This document shows, piece by piece, positions 10,081 to 19,391 of a stretch of DNA of 64,000 nt. Each line of letters begins with the position of its first letter. The first letter of the stretch is position 1. The notes beneath the pieces were generated by a model. It did no database searches, was not told the origin of the DNA, and saw only the letters and a program-made list of their open reading frames with translations. Origin of the DNA: Calditrichales bacterium (GTDB lineage Bacteria > Calditrichota > Calditrichia > Calditrichales > J004); assembly GCA_965267575.1 (NCBI GenBank), contig OZ254086.1, positions 4,576,001 through 4,640,000 on the forward strand. The letters are read 5' to 3'. Position numbers and translations under genes: made by a program.

Positions 10081-10299
10081 GTGCCTTTTTCTGATTTTTT
10101 AAAGCCGTTTCAAGATGTTTTTTTTATACTTAAGCAAGGAATTGACTTTTCAAAATCATTTCTATTTTTGCCCATAGTTGCATCAATTGTTACCATTATG
10201 CTGCCACTTGTAACGGCGGTTAAATGGGCAAGCACGTTGATTTATAATCGTCCCTTTGAATTTTATTAAGTATCACTATTAAAAGGTTATAATTATTTT

Positions 10300-11760
10300 T
10301 TATTTTCTTTTAAATTCCAGCTTACCGGGGCCAAGCACATTCAATTGTATAACTTTCCCTTTTTCTTCAACGAATTCAACCTTTGCCTTAAAGGGGCCGG
10401 TTTCTGCAACAAATAACTTTTCACTAATGGGAATCATTTCACTCTGTATGTTGCCGAAACTAAATATTAATTGATCACTATTCTTTACTGAAATTTCGCC
10501 CCAAAGCGGATTACTGTAAATGCCGACTAACCTATTATAATCCCATGAAGAGTTGACATTACTTTCCTCCTTTGGTTCTTGTGTTTTTACGTCACGCGAG
10601 TTCATCTTGGTAATCAGTGGCTGAATTTCTTTTTCTGCAATAGCATCCGCGTCTTTACCGAGATAAATGTTGTAGATATAATTAGCAACAAGATCAACTA
10701 AGTAGTATGCTTCGCCGCTGTCGTTTGTTAATGCGGCAACACCCATGTTGTGCTCTGGTAAAAATGAAATATGGCTGCGGGAACCGGTAAACGATCCAAA
10801 ATGTGCAATCATCTTTTCATCGTTATATTCACCTATCTGCCAACCCAGTCCGTATGCATATCGATCATAGGAATAAAATTTATCCGAATGAGCAATTTGC
10901 GGTGATATTGCTTCGATAATTTTTCTTTCGGAAAGTAATTGCTCACCGCTAAAACTTCCTTCGTTCAAATAGAATATTAAGAAGTTGCCAAGATCGTTCG
11001 CTGTTGTTATAATTCCGCCGGCAGCGTGCATTATATTGTCTGCTTTTAAAAATCCAACTGTTTCTAAAGTACCTCTTAGTGTCTGGTAACCTCTCAAGTA
11101 CTTTTCATCATAATCGGAAACTTTGGCGGAAGTATTTTTCATTTTCAACGGTTCGAACATGTATTCACTTATTAACTGCTGCCAGGGTTTATGAAGTTTA
11201 TTCTCTAGCGCCAGTGAAGTAACAATATATCCATTGTTTGTATAATCATATTCGGAAGTTTTGAAGCGAGATGACTTGTAAACATCTACCAATGTTTGGA
11301 AATCATGCTGGCCTGTGTAGGCAGTTCTAATAGCTGCCGGCATACAAAAAATTCCGCTTCTGTGAGTCAGCATATCTCTTATCGAAATCGTATTGCTGTT
11401 GAGATTTTCGTCTTCAAACTTTAATTCAGGCAAATATGCTGAGATCGGTTTATCAATAAATAGTGAATCTTTTTCACTCAATATCTGAACCAGAGTTGCA
11501 AATATCGGTTTGGTGGCGGACGCAATGTAGAATGGTGAATCAGGCTCTGCCTCAATTTCTTCTTCCACGTTTACATAACCGTATCCTTCAGAAAAAACAA
11601 TTTGGTTGTTAATTACAACCGAAACAGCTAAACCGGATTTTAATTTTAATTTTTCTCTAGCTTCTTTAATAAATTGATCGATTTTTGATTTATCGAACTG
11701 TTGAGCAGCTAAATTAACTACAAAGAAGAGTGAAATTACTAGATAGATTATTCTACGCAT
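10300..11760 (-). CDS. Secreted serine hydrolase (beta-lactamase/peptidase S12 family) with DUF3471-like C-terminus
   Basis: Signal peptide; IASATK (SxxK), LTHRSG, YTN (YxN), HFG. Confidence 0.9.
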   Translation of the reverse strand: MRRIIYLVISLFFVVNLAAQQFDKSKIDQFIKEAREKLKLKSGLAVSVVINNQIVFSEGYGYVNVEEEIEAEPDSPFYIASATKPIFATLVQILSEKDSLFIDKPISAYLPELKFEDENLNSNTISIRDMLTHRSGIFCMPAAIRTAYTGQHDFQTLVDVYKSSRFKTSEYDYTNNGYIVTSLALENKLHKPWQQLISEYMFEPLKMKNTSAKVSDYDEKYLRGYQTLRGTLETVGFLKADNIMHAAGGIITTANDLGNFLIFYLNEGSFSGEQLLSERKIIEAISPQIAHSDKFYSYDRYAYGLGWQIGEYNDEKMIAHFGSFTGSRSHISFLPEHNMGVAALTNDSGEAYYLVDLVANYIYNIYLGKDADAIAEKEIQPLITKMNSRDVKTQEPKEESNVNSSWDYNRLVGIYSNPLWGEISVKNSDQLIFSFGNIQSEMIPISEKLFVAETGPFKAKVEFVEEKGKVIQLNVLGPGKLEFKRK

Positions 11761-13164
11761 GAGACTTTCTCCGTTTGTTTGAAAGATTTACTTTATGGAC
11801 GAAAGTCTTCATAGTGAGGTTACCCATATGTTTATATGGTTTTAAAAGAATTTGATCTCGTATAAAACCGTTTATTTTTCTAATAGCTTTCTCGTCATCA
11901 TTTTCTCCCCAGTAGAAGTATACTATATTATCTTCGGTATTTCTTACAAATGTCACATTCTCCAAAAAGCGAGAATCAAAAAAAATATAATTACCGTTGG
12001 GTAATAACCGCCAGCCCCTTTCCAAATCGTCATTTTCAGACGCCACGAGAAAACTATCTTGTGCTTGTATTGTAACTTTGTCTTTTCCAATTATATACTC
12101 ACCCTTGTATTCAATGAGTTTATTATTTATACGTCCATTCGGACTTTCAATGGTTGAGTATTCTACGCTAAGTGTGAGTTTCACAATATCAAATCCAAGA
12201 CGTTTAATTGGGGTGCTGTAATTATTTGAAAGCACGGTTATAAAATACTCATCATTGTGCCACATTACTGACGTGTAACCAGGCGATCTGCCGAAAATCC
12301 CTTCATTGTAAAGCGGGATATTATTTATTAATAATTTGCCGTTCTCATATGCCTGACTGAACAACAATAGATCATTAGCAGAAGAATAAATTGAACCACC
12401 GCCAAAATTTTGATAGAGATATCATAGTATGGAGCTTTTTGTAATCCTCTACCATATAAGTTCTGCATATAACCCTGAGCGAGATTTTTAACTATTTCTT
12501 TACTGTATTCATGACCGGTATTTAGCATGCCGGCAACTCGGAATATGTTTTCTTCCCAATAATCACCATATGGCTTTCCCGAAACATTCTCGATTATGTA
12601 GCTAAGTAAAACGTAATCCGGAGTTAGAGTAGGTTGTATCAGTGCCTGGTTGATATTCGAGTGGTTTGTGTTTGAATAAACAAATGGCTTCTTCGATTGA
12701 GTAGTTTTCTTTTGCATGTCTGTGGTAATTTGAAAAGTCGTTTAGATTGGGAACACCTGAAGAATGATTAATCAGGTGATTTATTGAAATTCTATCACCG
12801 TTCGGGTAATCTAAAATGAACCTGCTTAATTTATCACTCAATTTGAGAGCACCCGTTTCGGCTAACTGAAGGAGAGCTAACTTTGTAAAAGGCTTTGATA
12901 ATGAGGCAATTCCAAATTTGGTGTTAACGGTGTTCTTAATATTGAATTCTGCTACTGCATTGCCGTAGGCTTGTTGAAAAACCACCCTGTCATTTTGAGC
13001 AACCAAAACTACTCCATTAAATAAATCTAATTGTAAATATGGAGCAAGGTACTCATCAATTTTTGCTTGGATTGAATTGCTATCATTCTTTTGTGAATAA
13101 ATATTAACCGTGAAAACGGTTAAGAAAAAGATGAATATTAAAAGAAGATTTTTCTACGATTCAT
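11753..13164 (-). pseudogene. Serine hydrolase (beta-lactamase family) broken by three frameshifts
   Basis: ATG 13164 hits TAA after 8 codons (T-run, ~13140); further shifts at ~12615 (YSNSG|YVLLS) and ~12405 (ISIK|GGGSIYSS). Fragments carry IASLSK, NHSSG and YSN. The 3' boundary is approximate. Confidence 0.85.
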
Positions 13165-13242
13165 GATGCCCTCTTTTATTAAAAAAGTGGATAGCTATTG
13201 AGTCTATTGCTTTTTGCAGTATACGAGTGGAGATGTTTTATT

Positions 13243-14691
13243 TTATCTTTCACCGTTTATCAGTTTAATAACGTTTTTCTTCAAATCATCATACGCACCG
13301 TTGTCTTGGTTGCAGAACATCACCAGTGTAATATCGAGATTAGGAAAATAGCGGTATTCGAAATTAACTCCGTAGGTAATTCCGCCGTGACCGAATGAAA
13401 TTACATCTTGATGTTTTTCTATAATCATTCCGTATCCGTAGCCAAGAGCCCCGGGTATATTTTCCGTTTTAATCGAAGTTATTTCATTAACATACTTTTT
13501 AGGGATTATGCTGCCGGCAACCAGCGCTTGGGAGAATTTCCAAACATCGCGAACACTTGAGTAACCGCCACCGGCAGATGAGCCCGCAAACGGCTCGTCC
13601 GCGAGTTTCCAATTTCCTTTTTGATCCCGCGAATGCGGCTGTGCTATACTCTGCTTATATTGAGATTCGGAATAGTGAAAACTTGAACTCATCTTCAGCG
13701 GAAAAAATATCTTTTTCGCAACATAATCGTAATAACTTTGTCCGGTCACGTTCTCAATAATTAATCCTGCTAAAATAAAATTGGAATTGCAATATCCAAA
13801 ATCCGCGCCCGGTTCGAAGACAGAATCTTCTCTTAATATAAAGGGCAGATAATCTGAGAGAGAATTTAACGCAGGATCTTCCTTTTCAAATCGTTTCGTC
13901 CAGTATTCACCGATTCCGCTCGTATGAGAAAGTAAATGATGAATTGTGATTTTATTGCCAAATTCTAGCTTAGAAAGTTGAGGAATGTATTTGCTGACTT
14001 TGTCTTCGTAATTAAGTTTATTATGGTAAACGAGATCCGCAATCAAGACGGAAGTGAACATTTTGTTGCCTGAACCGAGGTTAAAAGAGGTTTCTTTCAT
14101 GATCTTTCGACTCTTTCCGATATCCTCATAGCCATAATATCTTTCGAGTAGCACCTCACTGCCTTTGGAAACGAGGATGCTTCCGCATAAATCGTTTTCT
14201 TCATTTAGTTTATCGATGTAATTGTTCAACCAATTCAGGGTAAATTCTTGTGTGATGCTTCCATTAGGTAGATTAACCGGCTCTGCTACTTCCGCAATGA
14301 AGCCGAGCTGAGCTAATTTATGAGGCGGTTTCGCGTCTAAACGAATTTGAATATCTTTCCAGAACTTGCTTCCCTCTTTTCGCACATAAATGTGCAGAAT
14401 TCGGCTAATACTTCCATCGCTCATCTCAAATTCTGTTACTTCAGAATGATGGTATTCAATTGGGAGCAACTCTTTTTTCAGACTTGAGAGCAGGCCTGAT
14501 ATGCGCTCTACTCCCTTCGAATTGATCGTAGCCTTTGAAAATATTTCATTAATGATTTTTTCTGTTTCCTCTTTGTCATTGCTTTGAATAGCTTCAACAA
14601 ATTGATCACCATAATTAACAATTACAGAGCCATCTTGTGTGAATGATAAAATTGGGGACCATAGGAGTAGAATTATCAAATGAAATTTCAT
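13243..14691 (-). CDS. Secreted serine hydrolase (beta-lactamase family) with N-terminal extension
   Basis: Start re-called at ATG 14691 (AAAAGGA RBS, signal peptide MKFHLIILLLW); LGSGNK (SxxK), LSHTSG, YCN, HGG. Confidence 0.88.
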   Translation of the reverse strand: MKFHLIILLLWSPILSFTQDGSVIVNYGDQFVEAIQSNDKEETEKIINEIFSKATINSKGVERISGLLSSLKKELLPIEYHHSEVTEFEMSDGSISRILHIYVRKEGSKFWKDIQIRLDAKPPHKLAQLGFIAEVAEPVNLPNGSITQEFTLNWLNNYIDKLNEENDLCGSILVSKGSEVLLERYYGYEDIGKSRKIMKETSFNLGSGNKMFTSVLIADLVYHNKLNYEDKVSKYIPQLSKLEFGNKITIHHLLSHTSGIGEYWTKRFEKEDPALNSLSDYLPFILREDSVFEPGADFGYCNSNFILAGLIIENVTGQSYYDYVAKKIFFPLKMSSSFHYSESQYKQSIAQPHSRDQKGNWKLADEPFAGSSAGGGYSSVRDVWKFSQALVAGSIIPKKYVNEITSIKTENIPGALGYGYGMIIEKHQDVISFGHGGITYGVNFEYRYFPNLDITLVMFCNQDNGAYDDLKKNVIKLINGER

Positions 14692-14767
14692 AAGTATTTC
14701 GTCCTTTTTTCTTATCATAATAAGTATAGAATAAATAGTTGCATTTTGGGTAAATAAACCCGAAAAA

Positions 14768-14783
14768 CTATATAAGTGTATGG
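14768..14783. promoter_or_regulatory. Candidate response-regulator operator (imperfect palindrome)
   Basis: CTATATAA-GTGTATGG, ~77 bp upstream of ATG 14691; matches 23823-23838. Confidence 0.5.
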
Positions 14784-14991
14784 GTGAGTTTACTACTTGG
14801 AAAAACGTGTTTCTTTTTAAAGACAAGATCTTTATCGTATCAATTTAGCTAGCGCATTGCCTGTTGAAAAAATCAAGAATGAATTGGACGCAGCCGGAAA
14901 TAAGAACAATATGCTAGTGACCATCCAACGGGATTTAAGGATAAAATTTCCGCGCAGAGACCCAAAATCTCACCTGACTAATTCAGTCAAT

Positions 14992-15606
14992 TCAAATTAA
15001 TCTTTCTTTTAATGCCTTGGCGACCGCTTCAGCCTTAGAATGAACATGCAGCTTCTCGTAAATATTTTTTATATGATGACGAACTGTTCCAACACTAATA
15101 AACAACTTGTCTCCTATTTCTTTATACGTAGCACCGTCGCACAAAGAGTTTAAAACGTCAAGCTCACGTTGTGAAAGAGATGACTCTTCAGCCTGCATGG
15201 AGCTTACCACTAAGCGCGCTATTCGCGAAGTCATCGGTGCCCCGCCTTCCGTTACTTCTTTAATTGCTTCAATTATCTTTTCTTCGGGGGCACTTTTATC
15301 AAGATAACCGCAAGCTCCTGCTTTTAGGGCCTTAAATACCAGGTCAGCTTCTTCATGAACGGTAAGCATTACTATGTCAATATGAGGATTGCGCTCTTTT
15401 ACTTTTCTTATTCCCTCTATTCCGGACATCCCTGGCAAATCAATATCCATTAAAATCACATTGGGCAGATTGTTCTCCAGGCCTTTTAGCATATCTTCAC
15501 AATTGCCATGCACGTCAATACATTCATAACCATCGGCCTCGTCTATTAGCTGAGACAGTTCTTCTCTTATTATTGAATCATCCTCAACAACCACAACGTC
15601 AATCAT
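14992..15606 (-). CDS. NarL/FixJ-family response regulator (REC + LuxR HTH)
   Basis: VEDD, LMDIDLPGMSG, LSQRELDVL...TVRHHIKNIYEKLHV; 4-bp overlap with the upstream kinase. Confidence 0.95.
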   Translation of the reverse strand: MIDVVVVEDDSIIREELSQLIDEADGYECIDVHGNCEDMLKGLENNLPNVILMDIDLPGMSGIEGIRKVKERNPHIDIVMLTVHEEADLVFKALKAGACGYLDKSAPEEKIIEAIKEVTEGGAPMTSRIARLVVSSMQAEESSLSQRELDVLNSLCDGATYKEIGDKLFISVGTVRHHIKNIYEKLHVHSKAEAVAKALKERLI

Positions 15607-18600
15607 CTCATACTCTCTTTTTCATTATTCATGGGCCGCAAGGTAGAAACAAATACAGTTTTTGTACCCTTCCCTACGTTGGAAAATATTTCAACATTAC
15701 CGTTAATTTTGTTTGCACGTACCTTTATATTATCTATGCCATAGCCACTGGTTTCTGATGAAGTATCAAATCCAACTCCATCATCGGTGACAGAAATTTT
15801 CAACTCATTTGCATTAATACTAATATCCAGCTCGACGCTGTTGCACGCAGAATATTTTAAAGAATTGTTCATCGCCTCTTTAAAGATTAACACAAGGTGT
15901 CGTTTCCAATCCATCGGTAAACTATACTTTTTTAAATTTTCGGAAATCCCTTTTTCGATAAACTTTATTTCCGTCCCGCGGAACAACTCGTCGCCAAAAT
16001 CTTTCAGACGTATGGCCAGGTCATAAAGAGTATCTTCATCAGGCTTTAGTGTCCAAATCAGATCTTTAGCTCCAACCCGCAGGTCATAAGATATTTCCGA
16101 AACGCTGCTTAGATCTTGAGTAATCTTTTCAGCAGCACCGTTAAGCTGTTTTTTTAGCCGTCTTACGAATACCGTAATTCGCGTTAGCTTGTGCCCAAGC
16201 TCATCATGGAAATCGCGGGCCAGCTCTTCCCTTACGCGCTCACGCTCCTGAATTCGGATTCTTTCATGAGCCAGCGTTTTTTCGATATTTGTTCTAATTT
16301 GCCATTTATGCAATAACCATAGGATGGATATAAGGAGCGATACAATAATTGCGATAAACCACCAGGTTAGCCAAAACGGCGGACTGACGATGATTGCGAT
16401 GCTTCTGCCCTGCTCATTCCAAATACCCTCGCCGCTCGCCGCTTTAACCCGAAAAGTATACCTACCGGGATCGAGGTTGGTATAGCTTGCAAATCTTCTT
16501 GTCCCGGAAAAAATCCAATCATCATCGAAGCCTTCCAATTTATATGCATATTGCGTGTTGTGTGCATTAGAGTAGTCGAGTGCTATAAACTCAAATGAAA
16601 AGTGGTTTTCAAAATAGGAGAGCCGGATTTCATCTAGTTTGTTTAAGAGTTTTTCAAACCTAACGGGCGAGTTATACTTTCTGAACTCCGAAAAAAGAAT
16701 ATTAGGGGCTATGGAAAGATCGCCCAGCTTCTGAGGATCGAAATAATTTAGACCGAGGGCTCCACCAAAATACATAATACCGTCAACTTTTAGATACGCG
16801 CCCCTGTAAAAATCTTCGCTTTGCAAGCCGTTTATTTTAGTATATTTTTTGACTTCTCCAGTATTTGGATTATACCTCGCAAGCCCTTTAGTAGATACCC
16901 AGATACGGCCGGCATCGTCAATCAACATTCCATCTATACTGTTATTCGGCAGACCATCGTCAGTAGTTATATGGCTGAACTTTCCCGTCGCCCGATCCAT
17001 CAGGTTTATTCCACCACTGTACGTTCCAATCCAAAAATTGCCCTTGTCATCTTCGGCAAAGCAGGTAACCGAAGTGTTATTAAGCGAGGACGGATCGGAT
17101 TCATCATAGAGGTAGTTCGTAAATTTATTTGCTTGATAATTGTACTTTGACAATCCACCAACGGCGGTACCTACCCACAAATTATTTTGGCTGTCTTCGT
17201 ATATTGCCCACACGCTGTTTGCCGGCAATGAATAAGCATCGGAAATATCCGCAGAGTAGTTTTCATATTTTCCTTCTACAGGGTCCAATTTAAAAATTCC
17301 TTTTGTGCGGGATCCAATCCAAAAGTAATTATGAGAATCTTTGAGGAAACAGTATATCGTTTCTTTGCTTAATTCCTGTTGCAAATCTTTAAACAGGTCT
17401 TTTCTTATGCTGCCAGTAGGATAGTCAACAATAAAAAAACCGTTTTCAATTGTGCCGATCCACAAAAAATCTCCATCACACATAATGCTTCTAATATTTT
17501 TTATCGAATTTGTGAGTGGAATTCTACGGGTTGAATAGTCCTGAGTATTGAATTGAAAAATGCCGGCACCGTTTGTACCAATGATTAAATTATTATCCGG
17601 TCCGTGAGCAACTGCAGTTATCGCCGGATATTCGCCATTATCGTTACGATCTAGTATATGAAAAGCAATATTGAAATTTATTTTGCCAGGATTAATCCTG
17701 TTTAGTCCGCTCTTCTCCGTACCTATCCATGTATTACCATAGCGATCTGAGTATAAATGACCAATAAGATTACTGCTTATTGAAGAATTATCATTTGGGT
17801 CGTGTTTAAAATGAACAATAGATGGTTTGTCATTTTTGAAGGAAATCTTACATAACCCTTCACCCGCAACGGCGACCCATAAATTTTCATAAAGATCAAC
17901 GGACACTTTATGCTCACCGGGAGAGATTTGAAGCTTTCTTTTTAAGTCTATTTTACTCTTATTTCTTAAATCAATTACCAAGACTTCATTTTGACGATTA
18001 ATTGCCCATAAATGCCTATCATTGATTACTCCAAGTTCGTGAAGAAAACTGTTCTCATCGTCCATATCTTTTGTAACAGATTCGACGATGCCGGATTTTG
18101 AAATTGACACGATACCGGCACCCCAGGTACTGAAGTACATGTCGCCGACCGGACTGGAAGCAATATCGGTGATACTTTGTGCAGGAAATGAATTGCCAGG
18201 TTTGATTTCGGCGAGAACGTTTTTGATTCTGTCTGCTTCTTTTTTATTTATTGGAATTAACTTTATGCCCCAGTAACGAGGATGGTCTGGAGCTTTCTCA
18301 TTCCAGTTCTCATGGCTATGACTGTCATCTGACCTATAATTTACAGAGTAATTTCCGGGCGCAAGCCTGATGACATCAATTAATATTCTGTTTTTGTTTG
18401 CTCCACCTGCATAAAAAGAACTGTGCTGATCAAAATCCCAGATAATTCTACCACTTTTTTTGATATACCCATAATCAAACCTATTATTCTGGAATGCCTC
18501 ACCTGTGGAGACGACAATAAATTCTTTATGTTCTGACAACTTAAATTCCCTTTTAATTGAGACAGAATCGGCCGGTTCACTTATCTCAACCTCCACATTT

Positions 18601-19325
18601 CCACTTTCTACTTTTTCATCAAGGAACTTGAATAAAGTCGAGGGATACCGGATATCGCGCCATTCAAAACGCAATACACGATTTGTTTTTAGATCTATTT
18701 TGAAAAGTCCTCTATCAAGTGTGCTAACCCAAACGTGTGCGCTATCGTTTAAAGTATCCTGATAAATTGATGATATATGCACGCCTGTTAAAGAACTTTC
18801 ATCTTTATAATCAGGTAAAATTCGCTCAACTTTTCCAGTTAATGGATTATATTTATTTAATCCTTTACCGGGGTAACCGATCCAGACATTTTTATCAGTA
18901 TCCTGTAGAAAAGCGCTCGGAAGCAGATTCGAAGAAAGGAAGTTAAGATCCGAAGTATCACTTGTTAAAGCATAAAACGTATCGCTGGATTGATTATATA
19001 CATCTAATCCGCCCACCGCTTGAGCAACGTATATATTGCCGTAGCTATCAGAATAGACTTTATGCATCCAGTTTCCTCGTGGCGAATACCTATTACCAGG
19101 CTCATAGCGAAAAGTCTTGATATGATATCCGTCATATTTATTTAGGCCGTCTTCAGTTGCTATCCATATGTATCCGAAAACATCCTGTGTAATATAATTA
19201 ATGTTGTTTTGAGTTAGGCCATTTTTCGCAGTAATCCTTTCAAAAGAAAACTGTTTTAACTGTGCTGATACAGTTAAGACACCAAAAAAAAGTAAAAACG
19301 ACGTTTTTAAAAGGGCTTTGTTCAT
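15603..19325 (-). CDS. Sensor histidine kinase (beta-propeller repeats, Y_Y_Y, TM, HisKA_3, HATPase)
   Basis: GLTQN.I..I.QD..G.IWIAT..GLN.YDG repeats; YAYKLEGFD..W; LARDFHDELGH; EAMNNSLKYS; DDGVGF. Confidence 0.93.
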   Translation of the reverse strand: MNKALLKTSFLLFFGVLTVSAQLKQFSFERITAKNGLTQNNINYITQDVFGYIWIATEDGLNKYDGYHIKTFRYEPGNRYSPRGNWMHKVYSDSYGNIYVAQAVGGLDVYNQSSDTFYALTSDTSDLNFLSSNLLPSAFLQDTDKNVWIGYPGKGLNKYNPLTGKVERILPDYKDESSLTGVHISSIYQDTLNDSAHVWVSTLDRGLFKIDLKTNRVLRFEWRDIRYPSTLFKFLDEKVESGNVEVEISEPADSVSIKREFKLSEHKEFIVVSTGEAFQNNRFDYGYIKKSGRIIWDFDQHSSFYAGGANKNRILIDVIRLAPGNYSVNYRSDDSHSHENWNEKAPDHPRYWGIKLIPINKKEADRIKNVLAEIKPGNSFPAQSITDIASSPVGDMYFSTWGAGIVSISKSGIVESVTKDMDDENSFLHELGVINDRHLWAINRQNEVLVIDLRNKSKIDLKRKLQISPGEHKVSVDLYENLWVAVAGEGLCKISFKNDKPSIVHFKHDPNDNSSISSNLIGHLYSDRYGNTWIGTEKSGLNRINPGKINFNIAFHILDRNDNGEYPAITAVAHGPDNNLIIGTNGAGIFQFNTQDYSTRRIPLTNSIKNIRSIMCDGDFLWIGTIENGFFIVDYPTGSIRKDLFKDLQQELSKETIYCFLKDSHNYFWIGSRTKGIFKLDPVEGKYENYSADISDAYSLPANSVWAIYEDSQNNLWVGTAVGGLSKYNYQANKFTNYLYDESDPSSLNNTSVTCFAEDDKGNFWIGTYSGGINLMDRATGKFSHITTDDGLPNNSIDGMLIDDAGRIWVSTKGLARYNPNTGEVKKYTKINGLQSEDFYRGAYLKVDGIMYFGGALGLNYFDPQKLGDLSIAPNILFSEFRKYNSPVRFEKLLNKLDEIRLSYFENHFSFEFIALDYSNAHNTQYAYKLEGFDDDWIFSGTRRFASYTNLDPGRYTFRVKAASGEGIWNEQGRSIAIIVSPPFWLTWWFIAIIVSLLISILWLLHKWQIRTNIEKTLAHERIRIQERERVREELARDFHDELGHKLTRITVFVRRLKKQLNGAAEKITQDLSSVSEISYDLRVGAKDLIWTLKPDEDTLYDLAIRLKDFGDELFRGTEIKFIEKGISENLKKYSLPMDWKRHLVLIFKEAMNNSLKYSACNSVELDISINANELKISVTDDGVGFDTSSETSGYGIDNIKVRANKINGNVEIFSNVGKGTKTVFVSTLRPMNNEKESMR

Positions 19326-19391
19326 TTTTCCTTGGGCAATATTAATAAAGAAAAAATAATTTTATCCTGCTGATAACAGCAAAACGAACGA

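Larger units (their letters stand above)
9967..10218. repeat. Diverged direct repeat, copy 1 (~250 bp; partner at 52324-52584)
   Basis: Shared blocks AAAAAAAGGGTCTGCG, CGTCGCAAACCCTTG, the tRNA fragment and TTTTTGCCCA.A.TTGCA..AA.TGTTACCATTATG.T.CCACTTGTAACG.CG. Confidence 0.9.

Noticed and set aside
10030..10269. 79-aa + strand ORF
   Set aside because: Lies across the tRNA-remnant repeat and is not preserved in the second copy.
14821..15000. Short open + strand frame (RQDLYRINLASALPVEKIKNELDAAG...)
   Set aside because: No start codon or RBS; it could be a gene remnant but cannot be assigned.
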